NCBI RefSeq assembly: GCF_018350175.1
Contig: NC_058368.1
Coordinates: 84,942,001 to 85,006,000, forward strand
Direction: 5' to 3'
DNA length: 64,000 nt
Source: Felis catus
Lineage: Eukaryota
Below, one piece after another: positions 1 to 13,224 of this stretch. Below the pieces are notes generated by a model, which searched no databases, was not told the origin of the DNA, and worked only from the letters and a program-made list of their open reading frames with translations. The position numbers and the translations under genes are program-made. Every line of letters starts with the position of its first letter. Positions within the stretch are counted from its first letter, which is position 1.

Positions 1-2040
1 TAGAAAATTTATAAAATAAATCGAAGAATACAGAAAAAAATGTAAAAAACATTCCAGGCTCATGAACTGGAACAGGAACTGGAATAACAGATGTTGCTAA
101 AATCTCAATACTACCCAAAGAAATCTATACATTCAATGCAATCCATATCAAAATAGCAGCAGCATTCTTCAAAGAGCTGGGACACACAATTCTAAAATTT
201 GTATGAAACCACAAAACACTCGAATAGCTAATGTTGAAAAACAAAGCCAAAGTTTGAGGCATCACAATTCTGGCTTCAAGTTATAGTATAAAGTTGTAAT
301 TATCAAGACAGTATGATACTGGCACAGAAACAGACACATAATTCAATGGAGCTGAATAGAGAACCCACAAGTGGACTCACAAATGTGTGGTCAAATAATA
401 TTTGACAATGCAGGAAAGAATATCAAATGGAAAAAAAAAGACAGTATCCTTAGCAAATGCTGCTGGGATAACTGGACAGGGGCATGCAGATGAATGAAGT
501 TGGACCGCTTTCCTACACCGTAGAAAAAAATAAAAATGGAAGAAAAACCTTAATGTAAAGCATGAGACCTTTAATCCTAGAGGAGAAAATAGGCAACAAC
601 CTCTCTGACTTCAGCCATAAGACCTTACTAGACATGTCTCTGGAGGCTAGGGAAACAAAAGAAAACATTAAAAATTAGGACCCCATCAATAAAAAAAAAA
701 AAAAAAAAAAACAACCAAAAACAAAAACAAACAAACAAAAAAAAACCACCTTCTGCATGGTAAAGGAAACAATCAACAAAACCAAAAGGCAAATGACAGA
801 ATGGGGGAAGATATTTGCAAATGGCATATCAGATAAAGGGTTAGTATCCAAAATCTATCTGGACCTTATCAAATTCAACACCCAAACAAACAAACTACAA
901 ACAAAAATCTAGGGAAGAAATGATCAAAAGACATAAACAGGCACTTTTCCAAAGAAGACATCCAGATGGCTAACAGACACATGAAAAATGCTCATGATCT
1001 CATATCATCAGAGAAATACAAATCAAAATAACAATAAGATAGCACCTGACACTGGTCAGAGTGCCTAAAATTAACAACTCAAGAATTAGTTTTTAGTGAG
1101 GATGCAGAGAAAGGGGAACACTTCTTTCACTGCTGGTGGGAATGCAAGCTAGTACAGTCCTTTTGGAAAATAATATGGAGGTTGCTAAAAAAAAATTTAA
1201 AAATACCCTATGACCAGCAATTGCCTTACTAGGTGTTTATCCAAAGGATACAAAAATGCTGATTTGAAACTGTACTTGAATGCTGATATTTATAGAATCA
1301 CTAGCAACAATAGCCAAATTATTTATTTTATTTTTAAAAATAATTTTTTAATGTTGATTTTATTTATTTTTGAGAGAGAAAAGAGAGGGAGAGAGAGAGA
1401 GTGAACAAGGAAGGGACAGAATCTGAAGTAGATTCCAGGTTCTGAACTATCAGCATAGTGCCTGATGTGTGTCTCAAAATCATTAATTGTGAGATCATGC
1501 CCTGAGCTGAAGTCAAACATTTAACCAATTCCACCACCTGGGTGTCCCAACAATAGCCAAAGTATTCAAAAAACCCCAATGTCCATCAACTGATGAATGG
1601 ATAAGGATGTGGTATCTCCCCCAAACAATACAATGGAATGTTACTTGGTGATAAAAAATAATAAAATCTTGCCAGTACAAAAAATGTGGATGGAACTACA
1701 GTATATTTTACTAAATGAAGTAAGTAAGTGGGAGGAAGTAACTACCATGTGATTTCAGTCGTATGTGAAATTTAAGAAACAAAACAGATGAAGATAGAGG
1801 AAGGGAATTAAAAATAAAAACAGAAGGAGAAAAACAATAAGAAACTCTTCCATACAAAAAAGAAACTGAAGGTTTCTGGAGGGCTGTCAGGTGGGGGGAA
1901 TGGGATAAATCGGTGATGGACATTAAAGAAGACACATTGGTATGAGTAGTGCATGTTTAATGGGAGTGATAAATCACTAAATTCTACTCTGGAAACCATT
2001 GTTACACTATATGTTAACTTACTTGGAATTAAATAAAAGA
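1..2040 (+). mobile_element. LINE-1 3' part (degenerate ORF2 C-terminus + 3'UTR), runs off window start
   Basis: L1 ORF2 motifs (atactacccaaag...ttcaatgcaatcc; ccaaagaagacatccagatggc; ggtgggaatgcaa), carnivore-type 3'UTR, aaataaaa at ~2030. Confidence 0.9.
1324..1547 (-). mobile_element. Carnivore SINE (CanSINE/SINEC) inserted in L1
   Basis: Reverse-complement SINEC body with (GA)n and T-rich tail; TSD caacaatagccaaa at 1305-1318 and 1548-1561. Confidence 0.9.
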
Positions 2041-4035
2041 ACTAAAAATACATGGAATCCATGGAAATGAAAACACAACAGTCCAAACCCTTTGGGATGC
2101 ACCAAAGACAACCCTAAGAGTAAAGTACATTGCAATTCAGGCCTATCTCAAGAAGCGAGAAAGATCCCAAATATGTAATCTAACCTTATACCTAAAGAGG
2201 CTAGAAAATGAGCAACAAATAAAGGCCAAAGCCAGCAGAAGAAAGGAAATAAGGAAGATTAGATCAGAAATAAATGGTGTAGAAACAAAAAATACAGTAG
2301 AATAGATCAATGAAATAAAAAAAAACTTTTTTTAAAGAATAAACAAAATTGATAAAACCCTAGTCAGTTTTATCAGAAAGAAAAGGATAAAATAATGAAT
2401 AAAAGAGGAGAGATCACAACCAACACCACAGAAATACAAACAATTATAAGCGAATACTATGAAAAATTATATGTCAACAAACAAAACAATATGGAAGAAT
2501 GCACAATTTCCTAGACACTTAGACACTGAACAGCCAAAGTAACATTGAAAAAGAAAACCAAAGCTGGAGGTATCACAATTCTGGAGTGTAAGCTGTTTCA
2601 CCAAGGTGTAATCATCAAGACAATATGGTACTGCCATAAAAGCAGACACACAGAACAATGGAACAGAATAGAGAACCCAGAAATGTACCCTCAGATGCAT
2701 GTCCAACCAATCTTTGACAAAGCAGGAGACAATGGAAAAAAGACAGTCTTTTCATCAAATGGTCCTGGGAAAAGTGGACAGCAACATGCAGATGAACAGA
2801 GCTAGACCACTTTCTTACACCATACACAAAAAAATAAATTAAAAATGGATGAAAGACCTAAATGTGAGACAAGAAACCATTAAAATCCTACAGAAGATAA
2901 CAGGTAGCAATCTCTTTGACCTTGGCCACAGGAAATTCTTACTAGACATATCACCAGAGGCAAAGGAAACAAGCAAAAATGAGCTATTGGGACCTCATCA
3001 AGATAAAAAAGTGTAATCACAGCAAAGAAAATAATAAAACTAAAAGGCAACTGATAGAATGGGAGAAGGTATTTGCAAAAAACAGATTGAATAAGGGGTT
3101 AGTATCCAAAATATATAAAGAACTTACCAAACTCAACAGCCAGACAATAAATTATCCAGTGAAGAAATGCACAGAAGACAGAAATAGACACTTTTTTTCC
3201 AGAAAAGACATCCAGATGGGTAACAGACACATGAAAACATGCTCAACATCACCTATCATCATAGAAATACAAATGAAAATGGCAATAAGATACCACCTCA
3301 CACCTGTCAGAATGGTTAAAATGAAACAACAGATGTTGGCCAGGCTGTGGCAAAAGAAGAACCCTTTTGCACTAGTGGTGGGAATGCAAACTGGTGCAGT
3401 CACTCTGGAAAACAGTATGGAGGTTCCTCAAAAAATTACAAATAGAGACACTCTATGACCCAAGAATTGTCCTACTATGTACTTATCCAAAGGTTACAAA
3501 AATGCTGATTCGAAGGGGTACATGCACCCCAATGTTTATAGCAGTACTATGAAAAGTAGCCAAATTATGGAAAAAGCTCAAGTGTCCATCAACTGATGAG
3601 TGGATAAGAAGATGTGGTGCACACAGTGGGATACTACTCAGTGTTGAAAAAAAATGAAATCTTGCATTTGCAACAATGTGGATGGAACTAGAGGGTATTA
3701 TGCTAAGTTAAATAAGTCATTAAGAGAAAGACAGATATCATATGATGTCACTTGTATGTGGAATTTCAGAAACTCAACAAATGAATACAGAGGAAGGTAA
3801 GAAAAAATAGGGTAAAAACAGAGAGGGAAGCAAGCCATAAGAGTCTCTTAAATACAGAGAATAAACTGAGGGCCGCTAGAAGGGAGGTGGGTTGGGGGTT
3901 GGGTTAACTGGGTGATGGGTGTTAAGGAGGGCACTTTTGGGGATGAGCACTGGTTTCATATGTAAAAGAAGAAAAGAAGAATCACTGGGTTCTACTCCTG
4001 AAGCCAAGACCACACTGTAAATAAACAAAATTAAC
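2041..4035 (+). mobile_element. 5'-truncated LINE-1 with an internal deletion removing the RT core
   Basis: ORF2 post-endonuclease sequence 2041-~2528 joined directly to the KKKTKAGG region (ORF 2545+); ORF 2979-3458 is an ORF2 C-terminal homolog; 3'UTR to ~4030. Confidence 0.85.
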
Positions 4036-4039
4036 AAAT

Positions 4040-4058
4040 TGCAAGATGAAAAGAAGAT

Positions 4059-4106
<48 letters not shown>

Positions 4107-4450
4107 TGCAACGGAGTATTACTCGGCAATCAAAAAGAATGAAATCTTGCCATTTGCAACTACATGGATGCATCTGGAGGGTATTATGCTAAGTGAAATT
4201 AGTCAGTCAGAGAAAGACAAAAATCATATGACTTCACTCATATGAGGACTTTAAGAGACAAAACAGATGAACATAAGGGAAGGGAAACAAAAATAATATA
4301 AAAACAGGGAGGGGGACAAAATAGAAGAGACTCATAAGTATGGAGGACAAACTGAGGGTTGCTGGAGGGGTTTTGGGAGGGGGTATGGGCTAAATGGGTA
4401 AGGGGCATTAAGATATCTACTCCTGAAATCATTGTTTCACTATATGCTAA
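4040..4450 (+). mobile_element. LINE-1 3' end fragment with a (TA)n microsatellite (4062-4102)
   Basis: aaaaagaatgaaatcttgccatttgcaac...ctcctgaaatcattgtttcactatatgctaa; no poly(A). Confidence 0.85.
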
Positions 4451-7095
4451 TGTTTTGTTTTGTTTTTCATCGGTTGAGGGGATCATAGAATTTTTATGCT
4501 TTCTTTTGTTGATGTGAAGCATCACATTGATTTGTGAATGTTGAACCATGCCTGCATGCCTGGTATTAATCCCACCTGATTGTTGTGAATATTCTTTTGA
4601 AATGTATTCTTGATTGTGTTTTGCTACTATTTTGTTGATGACTTTTGCCTCTATGTTCATCATAATTATATTCAGTAGTTTCCTTCCTCCCCCCCACTTT
4701 TTTTTTGTAATGTCTTTCCTTTTTGTTTGTATCAGACAATATCTATCCTTACAGAATAAATTTGGAATTTTCCTTCTGATTTTGCTTTTTGAAATTGTGT
4801 AAAAAAGTAGATATTTACTATATATTTAATGTTTGGTAGAATTCACCAAGAAGCCATCTGGTCTTCAACTTTGGCTTATTGGGATTACTTAATTGGTTCA
4901 TTCAAATATTCTATATTTTCCTGATTTAGATTTGGAAGATTGTATGTTCTCAGACATTTATCCATTTCAGCTGGGTTGTGTAATTTCTTGATACACACTT
5001 TCCCTTTTTTCTTTTTTAAAGTTTTGTCTTTTATTTTTTAAATTTTAATTCCAGTATAATTAACATGCAGTGTTATATTAGTTTCAAGTGTACAATGTAG
5101 TGATTCAACTATTCTATTCATTACTCAGTGTTCATGATTATAAGTATATTCTTAATCCCCTTCACCTATCTCACCCATCCTGGCATAAATGTTTTCTTAA
5201 TATTGTCCTATAACCCTTTATGTTTCTGTGGTGTTTGTTATTTCTCCTCCTTCATTTCTGGTTTTATTTAAGTGCTGTTATTTTTCCTAACGAGTCTGGC
5301 TAAATGTTTATTACTTTTGTTGATCTTTTCAAGTGCAGCTTTTAGTTCCATTGTCTTTCTATTTTTTTCTTTCAGTTTCTATTTTATTTATTTCTGCTGT
5401 AATAATATTTTTTTTCCTTCTATTAGCTGAGGTTTGGTTGTTATTCTTTTTTTCTAGCTCTTTTAAGTATAGTTAGGTTGTATATTTGGTAACTTGCTTG
5501 TTTCTGAGGTAAGCCTGTAGCACTATAAACTTCCTTCTTAGACCTGCTTTTGGACTCTTTTTTTTTTTTTTGTCTCCATGTATTTTTAAAAAATTTTTTT
5601 TCAACGTTTATTTATTTTTTGGACAGAGAGAGACAGAGCATGAACGGGGGAGGGTCAGAGAGAGAGAGAGAGGGAGACACAGAATCGGAAACAGGCTCCA
5701 GGCTCTGAGCCATCAGCCCAGAGCCCGCGCGGGGCTCGAACTCCCGGACCGCGAGATCGTGACCTGGCTGAAGTCGGACGCTTAACCGACTGCGCCACCC
5801 AGGCGCCCCATCCATGTATTTTTTAAAATGTCTCTTTGATTTGTTAGCTGATCCATTCCTGATTTGATAACATATTATTTTGTTTTTTGTTTGTGTGTTT
5901 TTTTCAGATTTATTTTGTTATTGATTTCTAGTTTCTTCCTGTTTTAGTTGGAAAAGATGCTTGATGTTTTAAATTCTCTTATATATTGAGATTTCTTTTG
6001 TGACCTTACATGTTATCTATCCTGGAGAATGTTCCATGTGTTATTGAAAAGAATGTGTAAATGCTGGTTTGGAATGGAATTTCTGCATATATCTGTTCAG
6101 TTCATTTGGTCTAATATATCATTCAAGGCTAGTGTTCCTTGCTGATTTTCTATCTGATGTATATATTAATGTAAATGAGGTACTAGTGTCCCTTTCTCCT
6201 ATTGTATTAATGTTAATTTCTCCTTTTATGTTTGTTAATATTTGCTATATGCTTATATTCAGTGCACAGATATTTACAATTTTTATATCCTCTTGTTGAA
6301 TTGATCTCCTTATATTATGTAATGTCATTCTTTGTATCTTGACAGCATCTGTTTTAAAGTATATTTTTCCAATTACTGCTACCCCCAGCTTCTTTTCAGT
6401 TGGATGGTATGTTTTTCCACTTTTTCACTTTTAGTCTGTTTGCCAGACAGCATATAAATGGGTCCTTTAAATTTTTTTTATTCAGTCATCCTATGTCTTT
6501 TGATTGGAACTTTTAGTGTTTTACATGTAAGGTAATTCTTGACAGGTATGTCAATAATCTTCATTTTGTCCATATATATATATATATATATATATTCTCC
6601 ATTTTGTCCATATATATATATATATATATATATTCCCATATATATATATAGAGAGAGAGGTTTTGAATTCGTGGTTACCATTGGATTCATATAGAACATG
6701 TTATATGTACAGCAGTCTATGTGAAGTTGATGGTCTGTTAATTTTGAAAATATATATATCATATTTCACAAATTTTAATTTTGTGTATCATTTGACTATT
6801 TTTGGTACATATAATTGATTTTACTATGTTTCTTTTCTAACCTTTATAAATAATTAATTCCCAACTTTTACTATATGTTTGCCTTTTCCTGTGTAAGATT
6901 TCTTTTCATAATTATCCTACTTATCATTGTAGAATTTTATTTCCACCCAAAATATTGCATTGTATTGTATTGTATTTTACTTGATTTTGGGGGGGAATAA
7001 AACTGCTCATTTTGTGTATTTTATGCATATATATATATATATATATAAAATGACAGATAATTTTTTCATCAGATTTAATCAAATTTGTTTTATTA
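4451..7095 (-). mobile_element. Old LINE-1 fragment (inter-ORF region to ORF2 endonuclease/RT N-terminus) with nested inserts
   Basis: ORF 4238-4663(-) begins MMNIEAKVINKIVAKH (ORF2 homolog); L1 3' fragment nested at ~5000-5180 and SINE at 5588. Confidence 0.8.
5588..5809 (-). mobile_element. Young felid SINE (SINEC_Fc type)
   Basis: CpG-rich near-consensus body; TSD tccatgtattttt at 5575-5587 and 5811-5823. Confidence 0.95.
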
Positions 7096-7099
7096 AGTC

Positions 7100-8222
7100 T
7101 TTTTTTTTCACTTAACATCTGTTTTAAGTTTTTATTTAAATTCTGTTTAGTTACCATACAGTGTAATACTAGTTGCAGGTGTACAATAGAGTGAACCAAA
7201 CTCCCATATAGCATCCAGTAGTCATGACAAGTGCACTCCTTAATACTCATCACCTTTTTAATGCAACCCCCCCAACCAGCTCCATTGTGGTAACCATCAA
7301 CTTGTTCTCTATACTCTGTTTCTATGTTTGTCTCTCCCTACCCCCTCCTTTGCTCATGTGTTTTATTTCCTGAATTTAACATATGAGTGAGGTCATATGA
7401 TATTTGTGTTTCTCTGACTTATTTTGCTTAACAGAAAACACTCTAGCTCCATCCATATCATCACAAACGACAAGAATTCATTCTTTTTCAAAGCTGACTA
7501 ACATTCCATTATATAATTATATAATTATATAATATATATATTATATTTATACAATTATATATTATATTATGTAATTATATATAATATATAACATATTACA
7601 TTACATGATATATATATATATACTATATAATTATAAATAGTATATATAATTATAATAATTTCTTCTTGGCCCATTCATCAGTTGATGAACATTTGGGCTT
7701 TTTCCATAAACTGGCTAGTTGTAGAAAATATTATAGACATTGAGGTGAAAGTATCTCATTGAATTAGCATTTTTGTATTCTTTGGGTAAATACCTAGTAG
7801 TTAAATTGCTGGATCACAGGGTAGCTCTATTTTTAACTTTTTGAGAAATATTCATACTATTTTTCAGAGTGGCTGCACCAGTTTGCATTGCCACCAAAAA
7901 TGCAAGAGGGTTCCCCTTTCTCCACATCTTCACCAGCACCTGCTATTTTTTGTGTCATTGATTTTAGCAATTCTAACAGGTGTAGATGATATCTCTGTAG
8001 TTTGGATGGATTTGAATTTCCCTGATGATGAGTGATTTTGACCATATTCATACAACTATTAGCCCTCTGGTTGTCTCTTCGGGGCAATATATATCCATGT
8101 ATTTTGCCCATTTGTTTTCCATTGGATTATTTGTGTGAGTTGGTTTTTTTTTTAATTTTTATTTATTTTATTATTGGTGTTGAGTTTTATACTTTTTAAA
8201 AAAATTTAATCTTTATTTTTGT

Positions 8223-8265
<43 letters not shown>

Positions 8266-9153
8266 GGTAGAAATAAGGAGAAGGAGACACAGAATCCAAA
8301 ACAGGATCCAGGCTCTGAGCTCTCAACACAGACCCTGACACAGAGCTCGAACTCACAGACTGTGAGATCTTGACCTGAGCTGAAGTCGGACACTTAACCA
8401 ACTGTGCCACCCAGGCACCCCAAGTTTTATATGTTTTTTTTATATATTTTGGATACAAGGCTTTTATCTGAGAAGTCATTTGCAACTATCTCCTGACTGT
8501 GTCCTTCACTGTGCAGAAGTTTTTAATTTTGATGTAGTCCCAATAATGTATTTTTGTTTTTGTGTCCCTTGCTTCTGGAATATCTAGGAAGAAGTTTCTC
8601 TGAAGGGGTCACACAGGTTATTAGCTGTGTTTTTCTTCAGGATTTCAATGGTTTCTTTTCTCACATTTGGACCTGTAACCCATTTTGAACTTATTTTTGT
8701 GTATGGTGTAAAAAAAAAAAAAAAAGTGGTCTTGTTTTATTCATTTGGATGTGGCTGTCCAGTTGTCCCAACACAATTTGTTGAAGAGACTGTCTTTTTC
8801 CCACTGGATATTCTTTCCTATTTTGTTGAAGATTAATAGACCTTAGAGTTGTGGGTTCACTTCCGGGTGTTCTCTTTTGTTCCATGATCTGTTTCTAATT
8901 TTTGTAGTATGCAGTAACATACTTTTGTGCTCACCACCCTTTGTAATACACCTTGAATTCTGAAATTGTGATGCCACCACTTTGCTTTACCCTCCCCAGG
9001 TTATTCTGGCTATTTGGAGTCTTTTGGGGTTTGAACAAATTTTAAGATTCTTATAACTCTGCAAAAAATGCTGTTGGTGTTTTCATAAGGATTGCTTTGA
9101 ATGTGTGGACTGATTTGGGTATTATAGACATTTTAATAATATTTATTCCTCCC
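7100..9153 (-). mobile_element. 5'-truncated LINE-1 (ORF2 C-terminus + 3'UTR)
   Basis: T-rich tail near 7100-7140; tttcagagtggctgcaccagtttgcatt motif; AT-rich expansion 7505-7660; SINE nested at 8192. Confidence 0.85.
8192..8421 (-). mobile_element. Carnivore SINE
   Basis: SINEC body with long (GA)n; flanked by agttttata on both sides. Confidence 0.9.
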
Positions 9154-9174
9154 GTATGTTAGCATGGAATATCA

Positions 9175-9337
9175 GTCCTGACAAAAAGATCTACTTGGGT
9201 GGCTCTGGCTTCTGGGTCTATGGAAGGGGTGGTGTGTGTAGCCTGAATCTTCTGGGGTTGATAAATACTCATTTCCACTGGAATCAGGCTTGTGTCTTGT
9301 TTCATGGGGATAAACTTGGAATGCAGATCTGTGGGGA
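9175..9337. repeat. Dispersed duplicate (copy 1) of 11679-11848
   Basis: gtcctgacaaaaa...ggataaacttggaatgcagatctgtgggga aligns with the copy at 11679-11848; both translate to GGSGFW..GRGGVCSL..HWNQACVLFHGDKLGMQICG. Confidence 0.9.
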
Positions 9338-9339
9338 GC

Positions 9340-11110
9340 AGCCACTGTGCTGATTCAGAGCATATACAATCTTCTGGACCACCTTCTCTAGTCCTTCAAG
9401 TTACTGCCACATAGTCGACACTAATTGAGTCATCAAAAGGCCATTCCACTGTTTTATCAAGCAAGCTGCCTCATGGTGGTGAGGAACATGGTAAGACCAG
9501 TGAATTCTATGGTCAGGGGCCCAATACTATTCTTCTCTTGCTGTGAAGTGTGTTCCTGGATCAGAAGCAATGCTATTTGGAATACCGTGAAGATGGATAA
9601 AGCATTCTGTAAGTCCATAGACAATACTTTTGGCAGTGGCATTGCATGCAGGGAAGACAAATCTGTATTCAGCGTGTATATTTCATTAAGAATAAAATGT
9701 TGCCCTTTCCATGATAGAAGTGGCCCAATGTAATTAATCTTTGGCTAAGTGGCTGTATGATTATCCAAGGTAATGAGTCATTTTGGGAACTCAGACTTGG
9801 TCTTTGATTCAGATAGATTGGACACTCAATATTGGCTGTAACAAGGGTGTCCTTGGTAAGTGGGAGTCAATATTTCTGATGTCATGCACAACCTGTCCTT
9901 ACCACCATGGCAACTTTGTTCATGAGCCCATTGGGTGACGATAAGGGTAGCTTATGAGTACTCATAAGATCATAAGGGTATGGAGTAATTGAGAAACATG
10001 ATCCATCACCTTGGCTTAAAGGAAATAGACTGGTACCCACAGAAGGGGTTTTACTGTCTAATATATTGTTAAAATCTACTGAAGTTACACTTTGGTGGTC
10101 ATTCATGAGAGACACATTTTTATATTCTTTACCCTTTCAGAGAGCTCTATCTTCATACTTCTTTCCAAAATTTCATTGTCACCAATTTTCCAATCATGTT
10201 CTTTGAGTCCTTGACCAACCAGCCAAACCATTGGCCACAGCCCATGAATTGGTATATAATCACACATCTGGCCATTTTTCCCTTCTATCAAAGTGAACAA
10301 CCAGATTTACTGGCCAAATTGCTACTTGATGGGAGGATTTTCCTTTGCCATTGTTTTTCAAGGATGTCTCTAATGGGGACTGTAGTACCATAGCCATTTA
10401 CTTTTGGTTGATACCTGCATATAGTGCAGATCCATCTGTAAACTAGGACTGAATCTTTTTTCTCTGTCAACTGATTGGAAGAAATGTCCATGAGAAGAGA
10501 AGGTAATGTAGTAGGAATGGAGATCATGGGCATTTGGACCATTTCTACATGTAAATTTACTTGTGACTTCAGAGTTTATCTGAATCAATTGCATGAAACC
10601 ACTTTTATTTGGTAATAGAGTATTGGCATACATGCCCAAGTTAACGGCTTGATAGATTAGAAAACACCGAGTTCATCACGGGCAACTCAGATTGTACAGT
10701 AACTTGGTATCTCATGGTCAAATATTCAGTTTGTATTGAAGTCCAGTAGCATACCAAAAGCTGTTTCTCAAAAAGCAGTAGTTATTCATAGATGAAGAGA
10801 GAGAATTGGTTCAAACTCCTAAAGGAGTTTGACTCACTATGACTCACTTAAAGAGACCTATTAAAGGCTCAAACAACATCAGTGTTTTCCACCAACACTT
10901 TAATAACCATTGCATCTGCTGGGTCATATAGCCCAAATAGTAGAGCAACTTTTACAACAGCCCGGGTCTGGTGCAAACCATTCTCTTGGACTCCATTCAA
11001 ATCTAGAAGCTTTACAGATCACTTGATAAATGGGCCAGAGTCACACACCCCAACGTGGTATTCCATGTTCTCTCCAAAATCCAAAGAGACACATTCAATA
11101 TCCCACTCTA
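9340..11110 (-). mobile_element. ERV-L (class III, HERVL/MERVL-like) internal pol fragment: RT C-terminus, RNase H, integrase; degenerate, no LTRs
   Basis: Minus-strand translation: integrase YGLTECFIHLHGIPNSIASDPGTHFTAREE*YWAPDHRIHWSYHVPHHHEAACLIKQWNGLLMTQL (~9420-9625); RNase H TDGSALYAG (~10415-10440); RT-like GFWR..IP...PIYQVI.KASRFEW (~10990-11085). Confidence 0.85.
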
Positions 11111-11164
11111 AATATTGGAAGAACAACCAGTTACAATGTAAGTGAAAAAAAAGGACAAAGCACA

Positions 11165-11275
11165 ATAAAATGACCAAATATGACATACATATACAGAACA
11201 TTATACCCAATAAAAACAATATACACATTCTTCTCAAATGCATATGGGACATTCTGCAGAACTGAGCTTATGTTA
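11165..11275 (+). mobile_element. Short old L1 ORF2 endonuclease fragment
   Basis: aatatacacattcttctcaaatgcatatgggacattc (YTFFSNAYGTF). Confidence 0.65.
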
Positions 11276-11279
11276 CCCT

Positions 11280-12455
11280 TCACCAGAGAGTCTGGCCCTT
11301 AATTTTTTGCAAATGCCTACTGATAGGGTCCACTGGCAGACAAGCCTGGTGCTTGGGCCCATTGGAGCATGCCTAGAACCTGGGTCCATGAGAGTAGGCC
11401 TACAGTCTTGATCCACTAAGGCAGGCCTGATTATAAAATGAGTCTGAGGCTTGGGTCCTCATGGAGGTCATGGAGCCTTGGTCTGTGTGATCTTATTTGG
11501 TGTTGGGTACAACATGTAGAGGCCTAGAGCCTGGGTTCACAGGGGTATGTCTGGAACCTGAGTCCATAAGCGTTTACCTGGATGCTAGAGTCCATTGAGG
11601 CCTACTGGCACTAAAGTCCACTGAAGTGTGCATTGAGCCTGGGTCCATGAAAGCCTGGATCTTGGATCTTTATGGGTGGTCCTGACAAAAATATTCTACC
11701 TGGGTGGCTCTGGCTTCTGGCTCCATGGAAGGGGTGGTGTGTGTAGCCTGATTCTGCTGGGGCTGGGGTTGATAAGTACTCATGTCCACTGGAATCAGGC
11801 TTGTGTATTGTTTCATGGGGATAAACTTGGAATGCAGATCTGTGGGGACCAGCGTAAAATTTTGTTTCATTAAGGATGGCTTGGTACTGGGTCATACATG
11901 GATCCTAAGTCTTTGAGGCCTTCCTGTCATGGGTATCAATTGAGGGGTTTGAATCCTGAGATCTTAGGGGTATCCCACAGCATAATTCTGTTGACCTAGC
12001 TTTGCACCTTATCTGCTATGCTGGGCCTAGCATCTGGGTCTTCATGTTCAAGTTGGAGCCTGTGTGGGACAGGCTGGGACCTGGCTCTGTAAGAGCCTGT
12101 GTCCTTAAGGATTAGTCTGGCACTGAAGTTTAGTGAGGTGGACCTGATCCTGGGGTCTACAGTAAAATTGGAAGTTTAATTCATTTTTTTTACTCCACCC
12201 CTTTCTTCTCCTCTCTTCCTCTGTCTTTCTCAGCAGGAGCTTTGGGATGTGTTGCATGAGCATTGGGGTGTGGTAATGTGGGTACAGTGAAACTGTTTTT
12301 CCTATCCTTTCACTGAATACTTTCTCATTTCTGTACTCCACCCAGAGTATTGCAATCTCCCACCTGTATTCTGGAACTGTCAAAAACAGATCTTTGTGCA
12401 TGTGTGTTTCCATGAGAGGATGAGGGCGGAGACATCTTATTCCTCCATCTGGATA
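11280..12455 (-). mobile_element. Old LINE-1 5'UTR (L1M-type) with degenerate ggcctggagcctgggtcca-like tandem units
   Basis: Ends in ttattcctccatctgg (rc of L1 5' start agatgg..gaataag); repeated cctgggtcca motifs; contains copy 2 of the duplicate (11679-11848). Confidence 0.65.
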
Positions 12456-13015
12456 TCATTTTCCAGTAATGTGTTGTTATTATTTTGCATCATGCCCTCA
12501 TTTTCCCTTTGAAAATTCTAAGTAGATTTATCTTAATATTTTCTTTAGACTCTTCCATAAAATTAATCCTGACATAGGGAATTTGAAGATAGCAAAATGA
12601 GAGAATCCTGAGATAACCCCTTCCTACCTACACACTAAAGCAGCAACTATATCTCGATGACTAATTTTGAAAACCACCTGAACAATGGCAGAACAGGTCT
12701 TCCACAGCTAGTCATAGATGAGTCTACATCAAAAATGGTAGGACAGGTGGAAACATGGTTGAGAACCAAATACTCAGCAAAACGAATTATAATTGGGAAG
12801 GACATCACAAGCCTTAAGAAGCCAGATTATCAGACCCCATCCCAGGAACCCATGGCACTGGAGATCTGCACTGGGAAGATGTGTCCCTATAACATCTGGC
12901 TTTGAAAACAAGCAGAGTTAAATTGCAGGAACTTTAAAGGTCAGTGGGTCTAACTACAAGAGAGCTAGAAGGCAAGAGGAAACAGAGTCTACATCCTTTA
13001 AAAGACAGCATACTG

Positions 13016-13224
13016 GGGGTGCCTGGGTGGCTCAGTCAGTTGAGCGTCCAACTTCAGCTCAGGTCATGATCCCACAGTTCATGAGTTCAAGCCCTGGGCA
13101 GGGCTCTGTGCTGACAGCTCGGAGCCTGGAGCCTGCTTCAGATTTTGTGTCTCCCTCTCTCTCTGCCCTATCCCCACTCATGCTTTGTCTCTCTGTCTTA
13201 AAAATAAATTTAAAAAAATTTAAA
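13016..13224 (+). mobile_element. Carnivore SINE
   Basis: ggggtgcctgggtggctcagtc head; perfect 16-bp TSD aaaagacagcatactg at 13000-13015 and 13225-13240. Confidence 0.95.

Noticed and set aside
5570..5815. Recurrent short ORFs such as MDGAPGWRSRLSVRLQPG (also 63717, 46785, 45953)
   Set aside because: SINE translations; the recurrence reflects repeat copies.
7505..7660. AT-only quasi-palindromic stretch (also 28380-28470, 61740-61870)
   Set aside because: Ordinary low-complexity expansion; no structure beyond TA richness.
9156..9353. Apparent paralogous small-protein pair (9156-9353 and 11676-11873)
   Set aside because: Similarity is confined to the duplicated repeat-derived DNA; starts and ends differ and there is no coding signature.
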